A DNA stretch of 63,402 bases, filler included, from Octopus bimaculoides (taxonomy: Eukaryota), in assembly GCF_001194135.2 (NCBI RefSeq). It is 8 parts of 7 records of this genome, joined end to end, with 100 filler letters (N's around TTAATTAATTAA, not from the genome) between each part and the next. Parts side by side here need not be neighbours in the genome. Positions count along the whole stretch, not along the records: positions 17,898 to 43,427 come from NC_068983.1; positions 43,528 to 59,528 come from NC_068996.1; 6 more parts are not named here. One strand, given 5' to 3'. The notes under the pieces are model-generated. The model worked only from the letters and a program-made list of their open reading frames with translations. It had not been told where the DNA came from and did no database searches. Below are positions 38,683 through 51,235 of this stretch, in pieces (position 1 is the first letter of the stretch; every line of letters starts with the position of its first letter). Made by a program: the position numbers and the translations under genes.

Positions 38683-40809
38683 CTTTATTGTTATATTTCG
38701 GGACGGTCATTTTTCTTGGCAAATAAAAACACACACTGTATATTGGTTCTTCACTTGTTTATTAATGCTGTTCTTATTACATATATGTATATNNNNNNNN
38801 NNNNNNNNNNNNNNNNNNNNNNNNNNNNNNNNNNNNNNNNNNNNNNNNNNNNNNNNNNNNNNNNNNNNNNNNNNNNNNNNNNNNNNNNNNNNNNNNNNNN
38901 NNNNNNNNNNNNNNNNNNNNNNNNNNNNNNNNNNNNNNNNNNNNNNNNNNNNNNNNNNNNNNNNNNNNNNNNNNNNNNNNNNNNNNNNNNNNNNNNNNNN
39001 NNNNNNNNNNNNNNNNNNNNNNNNNNNNNNNNNNNNNNNNNNNNNNNNNNNNNNNNNNNNNNNNNNNNNNNNNNNNNNNNNNNNNNNNNNNNNNNNNNNN
39101 NNNNNNNNNNNNNNNNNNNNNNNNNNNNNNNNNNNNNNNNNNNNNNNNNNNNNNNNNNNNNNNNNNNNNNNNNNNNNNNNNNNNNNNNNNNNNNNNNNNN
39201 NNNNNNNNNNNNNNNNNNNNNNNNNNNNNNNNNNNNNNNNNNNNNNNNNNNNNNNNNNNNNNNNNNNNNNNNNNNNNNNNNNNNNNNNNNNNNNNNNNNN
39301 NNNNNNNNNNNNNNNNNNNNNNNNNNNNNNNNNNNNNNNNNNNNNNNNNNNTATATATATATATATATATATATATATGTTACACGTGTATAAGGGATGA
39401 CCACTAGGTGGACATCCAATAAATTAGAAAGTGGTCATCAACGACCCAACCACAAACAAAACAAATGGTCTCCAGAAAAATTTCGCAAAACACCACTGTA
39501 AAATATACAGAATAAAGAATTATCTATGTACAGAATAAAGAATTATCTACGTACTGCAGTTTCGAACATTAACGTTTCACTTAAGTAACAACATCCGTGT
39601 TCTCATCAGCAAAGACGTTCTAGAATCAATATAATTTGCAGAACTATATACGAATTGTCTTCATGAAACAAGGCTTGCATATAGTTCTACCGATTACATT
39701 GGGGCTATTTTTTCAAAATGCCACAGCTCCGGCGCGAAAAATTCCGGAAACAATTCTGCAGAGAATAATTCACTGTAGTATATGTTGCCGGCTGGAAAAC
39801 ATAACTATATAAATTATTATTTATATAGATACGGTGATAAATTGAATATTACTTCAATTTAAAACCAAGTGGCCTAGCATATGAAAAAATCTGAAAAGGC
39901 GAACTTAACACTGAACGATTTATTTCGTAGCAATATTTTAGTGTTGAATTGGGCGACTCGCTAGAACGATTAGCAAAATTGCAAGTTGTGTTCAGTTTGA
40001 TTCGTAATGCGCTTACTAATATCAAACCGCTCACTTTCATATAGTCTAAGATATATACTCTAGTTTGATTAACGTTTACCTTCGTCAAATTCTGAAGAAT
40101 ATTTGCCAGTTACGTATTGTCTGTAAATATCCTTGGCTCCTTTATATTTGCTTTTGCCTTATCTATTTCTTCTAATTGCTATGCTACACTTTTCTTTTAT
40201 ATATTATTGTTTCATTATATTTAAAACAACAATCTTCATTTTATTCATGATTGATTATTATTCTAATCGGTTTTGCGTTGATTACTTTTAAAGTATTGTG
40301 CTGTTCGCATCCATATTACGTTATAGTAATCATCATTTTGTTTCAAACTCCGTCCTACTTTTATACTGGGTAGATGTATTCAATTTATATTAAGTCCTTT
40401 CCAAATACCCCTATTTTTCCTGACGTAACTCTTCATTTCACTTAAATTCGACTTAATTATTTTGAAAACACAGTAATGCTTCATTTAGCACCGTATTTAT
40501 GCATATTACCTTAATTCTAGCACGTTGAGCATTATTTAGTTCTTTTGTTGCTCTTTTCTAATTTTGTCCTTCATTGTGTTCTGGTTATTTTTGAATTTCA
40601 ATTACCTCTTAGCTATTTGTAAGAGCCTCCCTGGGTTAATATCCGAGAGCAGTGTCTGATCTCATTTATAGTTATTTTTAGGGCCAATTACCCTAAACTC
40701 ATTCTTGGGTTCATATCTTGGGTAGCTGGATTCATGGAGAACGTTAGTAGGTGTCTCAGCTTGAGTTTGTCCTTGATAAAGAATTTTCTGTCATTAATTT
40801 AGGGATGTT

Positions 40810-41024
40810 AGAGTTGTAGCTGTTGTCGTCATTAGTACGCCGTGGAGAATGCCTAGCGGCATTTAGTCCGTCTTTAGATTCTGAGTTCAAATTCCACCGA
40901 GATCGACTTTCCCTTTCATCCTTTCGGGGTCGATAATTAAAGTAGGAGTGTAACACTGGGGTCGATGTAATCGATTAATCGCCTCCCCACGAATTTTAAG
41001 GCCTTGTGCTTTTAGTAGAAAGGA

Positions 41025-41094
<70 letters not shown>

Positions 41095-41152
41095 CATTAT
41101 TATCATCATTTTATTGTTGTTGTTGTTGTTGTTGTTGCTGTTGTTGCCATAG
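40810..41152 (+). mobile_element. SINE family A with (TTA)n/(TTG)n tail
   Basis: CTGAGTTCAAATTCCACCGAGATCGACTTTCCCTTTCATCCTTTCGGGGTCGATAA...GGGGTCGATGTAATCGA. Confidence 0.85.
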
Positions 41153-41622
41153 CTGGAGGAGTTTTTAGTGCGTTGTNNNNNNNNNNNNNNNNNNNNNNNN
41201 NNNNNNNNNNNNNNNNNNNNNNNNNNNNNNNNNNNNNNNNNNNNNNNNNNNNNNNNNNNNNNNNNNNNNNNNNNNNAATGTTTTCCAAAATGTTCTTCGA
41301 AGAAAGTAAACATTGAAGATGGCGACGAAAAGCGGGAATGAGGAAGGAAGGTGGTTCGGCAATTTGCACGAGGTCTTCCCCGTTCTTCCCACCATGATTG
41401 ACAGTAGACAGCAGGAAGGAAGGAAGGAAGGAAGGAAGGAAGGAAGAAGAAGATGAAGAAGAAGAAGAAGAAGAAGGAAAAGAAGAAGAAGAACACACAC
41501 ACACACACACTCTCTCTGTCTGTCTGTCTGTCTGTCTCTCTTAAGTTTTGAGAGATACACAAATTTAATATCATAGGTATTAATGCACGGTCTAGAAAGA
41601 CTGAGCATAGTGATTATTAGCG

Positions 41623-41727
41623 GGTGGAATTTACCATGGTGTAATATCACGTGGTGGAATTTACCTATGGTAAAATTCACCTGGTGGAATTGTCCGTGGT
41701 AGAATTTACCGCGGTGGAAGTTACTTA
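41623..41727. repeat. Degenerate 15-bp tandem array (7 units)
   Basis: Units such as GGTGGAATTTACCAT, GGTGTAATATCACGT, GGTGGAATTGTCCGT and GGTAGAATTTACCGC. Confidence 0.85.
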
Positions 41728-42630
41728 GTACCATTTACGTAGCCGGATAAAAGGTGGAATAAATGTTCCCTACTCACTGAAATTAGTGTCTAGAAGTTGA
41801 TCTCTAGCAGTCATTAACGATCTCAGTTTCTATTGTAAAATCTAAACTCCGGATCTAATCTTACGATGACTCATAACTTTTCAAATTGTTGATGTATTTG
41901 TGCAGCTGTCCATCTAATTTCATTTCTTCTAGCACTTCCTTTCTTTCACAAATTATCCTGCTTTGGTATGATTTCTTCGCTTTACGTTCAACACTTCATG
42001 TTCAATAAAACCTAGTTCTGTTAAATTACATTAAATTGTTTCTTCCCACTTTGCAAGTTAGTGGTTTATTGATTTTTCTCTTCTATTCACACAAACAGAA
42101 ATGATAATAAATCCTTTACCACCAATCTTGCGTTTCATGTATAAATGAGAGAAATTTGCCTTTGGACGAATTCTTCCATGCATACTTAAGGATTTTTCTT
42201 GTTGCTTTCTTGTCTGTGTAATGCATTCTTTTCACCTTTCGTGCAATGTGCTGCTCCCGAACTATAACGTGCGGCGGCAACCATCCATGTGTTGATCGGA
42301 TAAATGCATTGATTTATGTTTACACTTCAATACTTTCATCCCTTCAGATATATTATTTTCACTTTGTACTTCATTTCCGCATGCATAATATCATCAAGTA
42401 TGCTTAGATAATGTTATCTATTGTCATCAGCATCTAAAATCTGTTCTGTCATACATTTACTCAAAAGTGCTCACTACTTTCATTGCATGGTCAAAGAAGC
42501 GCATTTTAGTGTACTAAATATCTTTAACTGTATTAACAAGTAAATTGATCTCTTTTTCCAGGATTTGAAAATCTCTTTCAGTGATCCATGAAAATTAGAA
42601 TGTTTAGATGTATATCATGTTTAGATCTTG

Positions 42631-42650
42631 TAATAATAATAATGATGATG

Positions 42651-42716
<66 letters not shown>
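42631..42716. repeat. (TAA)n preceding an R4/Dong-like 5' end
   Basis: Directly visible. Confidence 0.95.
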
Positions 42717-42717
<1 letters not shown>

Positions 42718-43427
42718 GTTTAACGAAAACGACACCGGGGAAGTTTAACGAAAACGACACCGGGGAAGTTTAACATGTGAGAACGATAAATCACTGCTCC
42801 GAAACTTATCCAAAAACATCGGAAATAAAAACATCACATTGAGCCAAAAAATAGCTGACAAAGGGTTGGACCATATCCGAGTAAGTAATACTCATTGAAA
42901 TGTATTTCTATTTTTCCAAATATAATGATGTATTTTAACTTGATACCTCCACTACCCGCACAGTGATCGTAAACACACGTGTTACATCAAAATCAAACCA
43001 TCTTCGAACCCAAAAACACCATGTACAAAAAAATTACAAACAGATTAAATAACACCGGTATTATTACACCCAAGAATAACAACCGAGAAGTGCGTACTGT
43101 AAGCTTGTTACGAAAAAAATACGAAGATCTGAAAGTGCAAAATTATCTGACAACAGAAATAAACGAACCGGTACCCTACGAAAACAATGACCGTCAAAAT
43201 AAAGGACCGGACGTTGTTCCTCATGTCCCGCAAACAAAACCAAAACGGCATAAATGGACACATGAGGAATACATTTCGATACTATACGCCTATTTCACAG
43301 CATTGCTCTACCCAAAAAACGAAAACGCAACAACACATACATATAAAATATGGAAGAAAAATAATGTAAATATAGACCTCGATAAAACAATGAACCCTAA
43401 CAAACTAGCTAACATAAGAAGATATAT
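42717..43427 (+). mobile_element. 5' end (UTR plus ORF start at 43021) of an R4/Dong-like LINE
   Basis: Stop-free ORF from ATG 43021 to the gap includes KRHKWTHEEYISILYAYFTALLYP...TYKIWKKNN...MNPNKLANIRRY, resembling the R4/Dong N-terminal KW...E....M.CY...W...RLA...R.I domain. It starts right after (TAA)n. Confidence 0.65.
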
Positions 43428-43597
43428 NNNNNNNNNNNNNNNNNNNNNNNNNNNNNNNNNNNNNNNNNNNNTTAATTAATTAANNNNNNNNNNNNNNNNN
43501 NNNNNNNNNNNNNNNNNNNNNNNNNNNCATTTCATCTTCTGACGTGAGTTCCCTTCCTCAAATGCTCCTGCCCCTCTTGCAATTCCTTGTTTTACAA

Positions 43598-43895
43598 GTT
43601 ACTTGGTGACCTTGCATTGGTGACACCTAAAAAGCATCCAGTCCACACTGTGAAGTGGTTGGCATTTGGAAGGGCATTCAACTGTAAAAATTATGTCAGA
43701 ACTAACCTTGCTAGTACCATGTAAAAAGCATTGAGTCCACTCTACAGAGTGGTTGGTGTTAGTAAAGGCATCCAGCCGTAAAAGCCTTGCCAAAACTGAC
43801 AGAGTAGCCTAGAGTACTTTTTTACCTGGCCAGCTCCTGCAAACCATCCTACCAATGCATGGAAGATGGACGTTAAATGATGATGAAGATGATGA
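43598..43895 (+). mobile_element. Family C repeat (RTE-related 3' end/SINE with (GAT)n tail), internally duplicated
   Basis: GTGGTTGG..TT.G.AAGGGCAT.CA.C.GTAAAA occurs twice; ends GGACGTTAAATGATGATGA. Confidence 0.75.
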
Positions 43896-43902
43896 TGTAT
43901 AC

Positions 43903-43945
<43 letters not shown>

Positions 43946-43947
<2 letters not shown>

Positions 43948-45218
43948 AGGTGTACTATAAAGATTTACCCATTAATATTTCTTAATTTTTCAAAATAAAC
44001 TTAAGGTAGGATAATGAAATTTGGCACATGCCTTCTAATGTGAATTGTCACTCCATTGCAGTAATTACATTTCAAAATGATCATCTTTCATCTTGATCAT
44101 AGCCTGCAAACGAGTGGTCACTGAGTTGCATGAGCAGCATACCACCTCTTCATCCAACTTGACCCATGAAAACAGAGGGTTTTGTTCAGATCTGACATGT
44201 TTGGATAGGAGTGAGCAGAAACATTACTCTCTAAGATGAAACAAATAGCTAAGTCTATGGGATTAATGTCTGGACTTGAAGGAGGCTATATTGTCTTGTC
44301 CCCAAAACTGCTGAAATGCTCTATGCACTACCTCTGTGTCAAATTGGATGTATAGCTGGAGCCATATCTTGAGTGAAGATGTAAAATTCACCAAAGATTT
44401 CTGTGACCCAGGATAACACTTTCTCATCCAACATTTCCTCATAAACTTCACTGTTGAACTTGACGCCAGCACCGATGAAGATCAATGATACAACTGTGGC
44501 CCACACCATTAGTAAAGTTGGCTTCTGACACTGTGAATGACTCCTACTACTTTCAGGCAAGTTTCCTGCATTACATGCATAAAGCTCGTGACTCTGCCTG
44601 TTGGTAACTGCCTCCATAGTGAAGATTTTCTCATTGGACCAGATCAACACTTTGTCAGCAGCACACTTCATCTCAGCTAATATGGTTTTAACCCTGTTGA
44701 GTCGTTCCTTTTTGGAAGCTGCTGAAATTCACTGCTGGGATTGTTTTTGTATGCAGTTAGCTTTAAATCCTCTTTAGAAATTGTGTGCATTAGCAATTTC
44801 AAAACACCAAGAGCTTTTGCGGCTTTTCTTGCACTCCTGCAGGGATTTCAGTTCATTCACTTCTTCACAGCTTCAACATTTTGTTTGGTACAGATTAATC
44901 GTTTCCTACCAGGAATTGACTTGCTAGAGTTAGTAGCGGACTCCATGTATCGTTTCCAGGTATTAAACACAGTTTTACAGCACACATTCAACTGTTTTGT
45001 CATGTCCTTGTAGCTCACTACAGTTCTTTTCAAAATGACAATCTGGTCACGTTTCACTTTCAATGCCATGTTTGTTTACTAACCTGTTATAGACAAACGA
45101 AACAATAGACACATGAACAAAAGACATATGCAGATCTTTATGTAAAATGTAGATATTACCTGAACTCATACCATTTAGGAGAGTTTTAAGTATGGGTAAA
45201 TCTTTGTGGGATACCCTG
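43946..45218 (-). mobile_element. Full-length but defective Tc1/mariner-superfamily transposon, DD37D (maT) family
   Basis: TIRs CAAGGTGTACTATAAAGATTTACCCAT / ATGGGTAAATCTTTGTGGGATACCCTG, with TA on the left flank. Transposase from 45069: MALKVKRDQIV...IPGRKR, VLIWSNEKIFT, MVWATV, FTQDMAPA, PPSSPDINPID. Restoring one base and reading two TAG as Trp gives 37 residues between the second and third D. Confidence 0.88.
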
Positions 45219-45615
45219 GGTATATACCTTTACAATTTGAAAAGTTCAAACTAAATAAAAATGAACAATAATAATAACTCAGTAGAGTTTATCAGAAAAC
45301 ATAGACAAACAAATCGCTTTATTAAAACATCAGAACATGTCCATGCAGGTTCTGCTGGATTTTGACTTTGATAGATACAATAAACTGTGGAAGTTGTAGA
45401 GATAATTCATTAACTTTATATAAAAACAAACATTAATTTACACACACACACACGTGCACACTCACACACATACACACACACACTCATACACACTCATACA
45501 CACACACACACGCACACACACACACACACGCGCACACACACACAAATATGTAATAAACGCAGTGCTAGGGTATGTAAACATTAATGATCACATATACATA
45601 ACATACATGCGTTGC

Positions 45616-45982
45616 GTATTTGCCGGTAGAGTGTGATTTGGTAAGCTGGAGATTACTCCCTCAAATCGCTGAGCATTAAAATATTTGAGAGTCATGGACA
45701 GGTGAGCCACTCCATCCAAAATCCATCTAAAAGTGATGGACATCGGTGTTTCACCATTTTAGTGGCTTATCAACATCACGCTCTCAAACTGAATCAGAGG
45801 TGAACGAGTTTGGCTACATTATGTTAAAAAGCCACAAAAATGGTGAAGCATTGATGTTCATCACTCCTGAATGGGATCATGAGTAGGTTGTCTCACCTGT
45901 CCATGACTCTCAGGTGTTTCAACACCCAGTGCTTTGAGGGAATAATCTCCACCATACCAAACTGCAGCCTACTGGTAAACAC
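45616..45982. mobile_element. Fold-back MITE-like element with long imperfect inverted arms
   Basis: TTTGGTAAGCTGGAGATTACTCCCTCAAA...GAGAGTCATGGACAGGTGAG...TTCACCATTTTAGTGGCTT is mirrored by AAGCCACAAAAATGGTGAA...CTCACCTGTCCATGACTCTC...TTTGAGGGAATAATCTCCACCATACCAAA. Confidence 0.85.
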
Positions 45983-46051
45983 ACATTAAGTACGTGTGGT
46001 CAGTAATATATGTGTGTGTGTGTGTGTGTGTATGTGTATATGTATGCATGT

Positions 46052-46095
<44 letters not shown>

Positions 46096-46890
46096 GCATA
46101 TATATNNNNNNNNNNNNNNNNNNNNNNNNNNNNNNNNNNNNNNNNNNNNNNNNNNNNNNNNNNNNNNNNNNNNNNNNNNNNNNNNTATATATATATATAT
46201 ATATAAACAATATATGAGTATATGCATATATATGTATATGTATGTATATACCTTCATCTACATGTACATATAGATACAAAACTGGGTACATGATGTGGCA
46301 AAACAACATGGACAAAATGATAAACAAGGTACAACAAGCAAGCAAGCCACATAGAAACATCTCCTTCATCAGCTGCCACCATTAAAACACCGGCGTTTCG
46401 AAGAATTAATATATATATATATATATACTTACATCTGTACATATACACATATATGTGTGTGTGTAAACAATATTTACATAATTCTCCAACACAATGTTTC
46501 CATAACAGATATTAAAAAAATATCCATCTATGTATCTATGTATCATTAGTAACTGAAATCTAAACATAACTATATATATGTATGTATAAAAAACTAGTAT
46601 TAATAAAAAATTGGATTGAACATGTTTTATTACATAATACTATTAACGTTTTTATTCATAAACTCTAGAGATAGTTATGGACTTTTGTGTGTATATGTAA
46701 TGACAAGAGAGAAGTCTCACAGTATGTTAGTATTCAGTAGCCAATAACTGTGCAAGATCTTTTTATTGAATACTACAAGGTTTTTTTTATATATTAAGAT
46801 TATATTAAAAAATATATATATATGTGCATATACACACGCACGAGCACGTGTGTGTGTGTGTGTGTTTGTAAATATATATACATACACATA

Positions 46891-47100
46891 TGAAGGTTCA
46901 TGAAAAGTTCACAGGCTGACCAAGATACTCTCATGGAATGTGACCAAATGAGGTTTATTTTTCAACATTGTGCCCCTTGTAGTCTACACACTTCTTCCGT
47001 CTGTGTTGCAGTGCTTGGATCCCATTGAAGAAGTAGTTTTCATTCTGTTGATGAAAAGACTCATCAACAGCAGATATGATGTCATCATCACTGTGATACT
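46891..47100 (-). mobile_element. Mariner 3' end with TIR, truncated by an RTE LINE
   Basis: TA plus TGAAGGTTCATGAAAAGTTC terminus. Minus frame YHSDDDIISAVDESFHQQNENYFFNGIQALQHRRKKCVDYKGHNVEK* is a mariner C-terminus. Confidence 0.85.
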
Positions 47101-48240
47101 ACTTCTCTAGATCAGGTAGTGATTCAGCTGTAAGAACAAGGTCATCAGTGCAGAGGAGCTCTCAGGGACAGCCTGACTTAAATTCCTCTGTTATTGCCTA
47201 GAGGATTGGTGAACCCCTGAATTCTTCACTGTACATGTTTCCAATCTTCACCTTACTGGTAGCATCTCTGTACATGGCTTGCGCAGCTCTCACCGGCCAC
47301 TCATCTATCCCTAGTTTCCACATTGACCACCAGATAAGGGATTGGGGGACCCTGTCAAAAGCTTTCTCCAAGTTAACAAAAGCTAAGTACTGAGGTTTAT
47401 CTTTGGCTATATATTTCTCCTGCAGCTCCTACAGAAATATAGCATTTGTGATGTTTCTCCCTGGCACATAACCAAACTGCATCTCATCTGGACTAATTCT
47501 TCCCCTATTAGTTGGACCATGACTTTCTCCATAACTTTCATCACCTGATCCAACAATTTGATAGCTCTGTAATTATTTCTATCCAAGGTATCACTTTTAC
47601 CTTTGTAGCAGTCGACTGCAGTGCTGCTACACCAGTCATTAGGTATGACTCCTTTGTGAATCACCTGATTTACAATATGCCAGGTATTTTAAGCATTTCA
47701 ATGGTGATTCCTGAAGGGCCAGGGGTATTCCCTGTTTTCATGTCCCTCACTTGGGTCAACATTTGGCAGACTCTCCTCCTCTCTACATTCAGCAGTCTTT
47801 CATAATGGCATATCCAAGCCTCTTTCTTTGCAGAATCACTAAATGCAGAATCACCATCATCCATGCAAACACATTTCTCTCCTACAACATCACAATTTTC
47901 TCTCATACACTGTCTTGCAATCCAGAACACTTCAATTCTTTGGTCCTCATGTCGCTGAACATAGGCAAACTTCCTCTTTTCTGCTTCTCCCTTAACTAGA
48001 AATACCTGTCTCCTAGCTTCCCTTCTGGCTATCTGATACAGCTCCCTGTCTTCCAAGTCTTCCAGGTCTTCCAGGTCTGTTTCTTTGTTCTAATGGCCCT
48101 GTCTACAGTATTATTCTACCACTACATTACCCTAGGTCAGGTTGGGACTTTCCCCCACCTACAGATTTGGTCTGTGACACTCAGCAAGCTGTTCCACAAG
48201 AATTCCCAGTTGCCCTTTATGAGTGCGATGAGTAAATTGT
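47101..48240 (-). pseudogene. RTE-clade LINE reverse transcriptase fragment
   Basis: LYQIARREARRQV..., GVIPNDWCSSTAVDCYKGKSDTLDRNNYRAIKLLDQVMKVMEKV, LAFVNLEKAFDRVP, and ELLCTDDLVLTAES (decayed YADD). Frameshifts and deletions present. Confidence 0.92.
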
Positions 48241-48554
48241 TGCCATTTTATATATTTTATTTTGTGCATGCACATTGTTTGTTTCTGATGTTATTGACTT
48301 CACAGTATAGTAGGGTCAGTTGGGCACTGTCTGTGAGAAAACAGCACCTTGATGCAATTCACTCTGCCAGAAATTTCGAAATGACATACTGTACTGCTTG
48401 GCATTCATACTGGAAGCTCCAATCCAAAGCACGAGAAGCTCCAATACGAACATGTACCAAGAGTAACAAAAATCAAATATCCAGTCAGCATCATGGCACA
48501 TTGCCAACATTTCTCTCATTCTCTTCCACCCTCGCTTTCTCTCATTCTTGATTA

Positions 48555-48555
48555 C

Positions 48556-48615
<60 letters not shown>

Positions 48616-48643
48616 NNNNNNNNNNCTCTCTCTCACTCACTCA

Positions 48644-48692
<49 letters not shown>

Positions 48693-48740
48693 CCCCTCTG
48701 TCTCTCACTCACTCACTCATTCTCTCTCTCTCACTCTCTC
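48555..48740. repeat. (CT)n/(CTCA)n microsatellite
   Basis: Directly visible. Confidence 0.95.
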
Positions 48741-48877
48741 TTTCCAACTGTGAAAACCACGTAGAGAGCTACAGTAAAACATTTATTTCTATCCCTCTGT
48801 CATACACTAATCTCTCATCACCTGACACAAAGCCACCCACTCCTGTAGTGCCTCCTTTCAAAGGATCTTTGCCTTGC

Positions 48878-49085
48878 AAGTTACTTGGTGACCTCACTGG
48901 GACTGGTGCCACGTGAAGAGCACCTCATCCACTCTGTAAAGTGGTTGGCATTCAGAAGGACATCTAGCTGTAGAAACCATGCCAAAACAGAACCTTGGTG
49001 CAGTCCTCCGGTTAACCAGCTCCTGTCAAACCATCCAACCCATGCCAGCATGGAAAACAGACATTAAACGACGATGATGATGAGG
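48878..49085 (+). mobile_element. Family C repeat
   Basis: AAGTGGTTGGCATTCAGAAGGACATCTAGCTGTAGAAACCATGCC...CCATGCCAGCATGGAAAACAGACATTAAACGACGATGATGATGA. Confidence 0.85.
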
Positions 49086-49846
49086 NNNNNNNNNNNNNNN
49101 NNNNNNNNNNNNNNNNNNNNNNNNNNNNNNNNNNNNNNNNNNNNNNNGGAGGAGGTGGAGGAGGAGGAGGAGGGTCATATTACCAAGTCATGTTTGTTTA
49201 GTTTTTGCTTTCTACATGCATTCTGTAACTCACCAAAATTCTGAACACAGCTGAGAATGCACTTGCTGGGTTGGGTTCTAAATACTGAAATTTTGTCAAG
49301 TAATTTAAATTTTATATCACTAGATACATCTGTGTGTGTGTGTGAAATTATGTTCCATTATGTGCATCTGGTATATGCAAATGCAACTGTGTTTAAGACA
49401 GAATATCTATCATATGTAAGATTTGTAACACTTCAGCATCACAATTCACTGGTTTAAGCAAAAATATAAAAATAAAAGAAAAGAATACGAAGGACTCATT
49501 TCTGTTCATTATGCTTTCGTGTTTAGAAATGTGTGTGTGTATGTGTGTGTTAGCATGTGTGTTTATTTCCATGGTAATAAGGAAGTGGCTTATAATGTTT
49601 TCTCCTTGCTGCAGTGAAACAATTTCAACAATGACTATAACATTATTATAATATATTTTGTAATCCATCCAGGCTCTTATCTTATTAATTTCTGAGCTAT
49701 TGATTCACTTCAGTTTGATTAAGTATGACACATTTGTAAAAATCTCTTTTGACATTTTACTTAGATTGCTTTATTCTTTATACGTATTTTACTTTCATCA
49801 TTTGTCCTCCGACTCAAATGTGTTTAAAATTTAATAGGATACAATG

Positions 49847-50358
49847 CTTGAATCAGCAGAGCATCACTGAGTTTTGAATTCAAATCCTGCCAAGGCTAGC
49901 TGTTTCTTTCATTCTTCCTTGGCCGACAAAACCTGGAGTATTAATTATGTACTGAGTTAATGTTCTTCTAAGACATCCTAAGATAAAATGGAAGAAGAAA
50001 AAGACCATTGTTCATCTTTTCCCACATGTTGCCATTGAGTGAATGGGTCTCACAGCATGTTACCATTTCTTGTAATTTCTCATCATCGTTCATCCAAACA
50101 TTGTTATTGTGAATATTATGTGCCTAATGTGGCTTTTACAGAGTCGTTCTCATTTACCACCAATCACTTGACAATCTGGATTGGGTGTACTTTGATACAG
50201 CAGAGCTTCATTGAGTTTTGAATTCAAATCCTACCAAGGCTAGCTGTTTCTTTCATTCATCCTTGGTCAACAAAACTAGGTGCATCAATTGAGTACTGGA
50301 AACTGAGTTAATGTTCTTCTAAAACATCCTGAAATACATTGGAAGAAGAAAAAGACCA
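49847..50358 (+). repeat. Direct duplication (~165 bp) of an old SINE-A-like relic
   Basis: 49847-50007 and 50192-50358 share CAGCAGAGC.TCA.TGAGTTTTGAATTCAAATCCT.CCAAGGCTAGCTGTTTCTTTCATTC...GGAAGAAGAAAAAGACCA. Confidence 0.85.
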
Positions 50359-50389
50359 GCATACATACATACATACATACATACATACA

Positions 50390-50730
50390 TGTGGAGACCC
50401 CCTTCGGTCATGACTGACCATAGGGTTGCACCTAGAAAGTTACCCTCCCAGGCACAAGTCCAGGCAAGGTTGTTTTTATGGAAGACCACCAGTCATCCGT
50501 GCATACCAGCCTCTCCTGTGCACACCTCTGATGTTATCCAAGGGAAAGGCAAAGCCATGATACAGCTTGGCACCTGTGACGTTGCAACTCATTTCTGCAG
50601 CTGAGTGAACTGGAGCAACGTGAAATAAAGTGTCTTGCTCAAGAACACAACACGCAGCCTGGTCTGGGATTCGAACTCACAACCTCATGATTGTAAGCTC
50701 AACGCTCTAACCACTGAGCCATGCACCTTC
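50390..50730 (-). mobile_element. SINE family D (tRNA head with clear A and B boxes)
   Basis: Minus strand GGTGCATGGCTCAGTGGTTAGAGCGTTGAGC...GAGTTCGAATCCCAG, then GTGTTCTTGAGCAAGACACTTTATTTCACGTTGCTCCAG body. Confidence 0.85.
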
Positions 50731-51235
50731 ACTATGCATGTATGCATGCATGCATACATAGTGAAGGTGCATGCATACATACATACATACATACATACAT
50801 ACATACACACACACATACATACACACAAATATATATAGTCAATTCAAATAAACAATCAGTTCAAATAAATGAATAATAAAATTAACAGACAAGAAGAGGT
50901 GTACAAGGAATGTATTAGCTTAATACTAGGTAAAAAGAGGGTGTTTGACATTTTGGAGCATAGCTCTTCATCGAAAAGGAAAAAGGGAAAAGTTCAAAGA
51001 AGGAAAAGAAATTGCCAACAGCATGTGTGTTCATATNNNNNNNNNNNNNNNNNNNNNNNNNNNNNNNNNNNNNNNNNNNNNNNNNNNNNNNNNNNNNNNN
51101 NNNNNNNNNNNNNNNNNNNNNNNNNNNNNNNNNNNNNNNNNNNNNNNNNNNNNNNNNNNNNNNNNNNNNNNNNNNNATATACATATGTACACCCTCCCTC
51201 CACACACATATATATACACATAAATAAATAAAATA

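Noticed and set aside
39401-39413. CCACTAGGTGGAC as a CTCF site
   Set aside because: It mismatches the conserved GGC and probably lies within a repeat end.
41316-41456. AAGATGGCG start-like motif
   Set aside because: The frame closes after ~45 codons within a GGAA/GAA repeat, and it is next to a gap.
50650-50727. tRNA-like A and B boxes
   Set aside because: This is a SINE head with no complete cloverleaf, and it continues into the SINE body.
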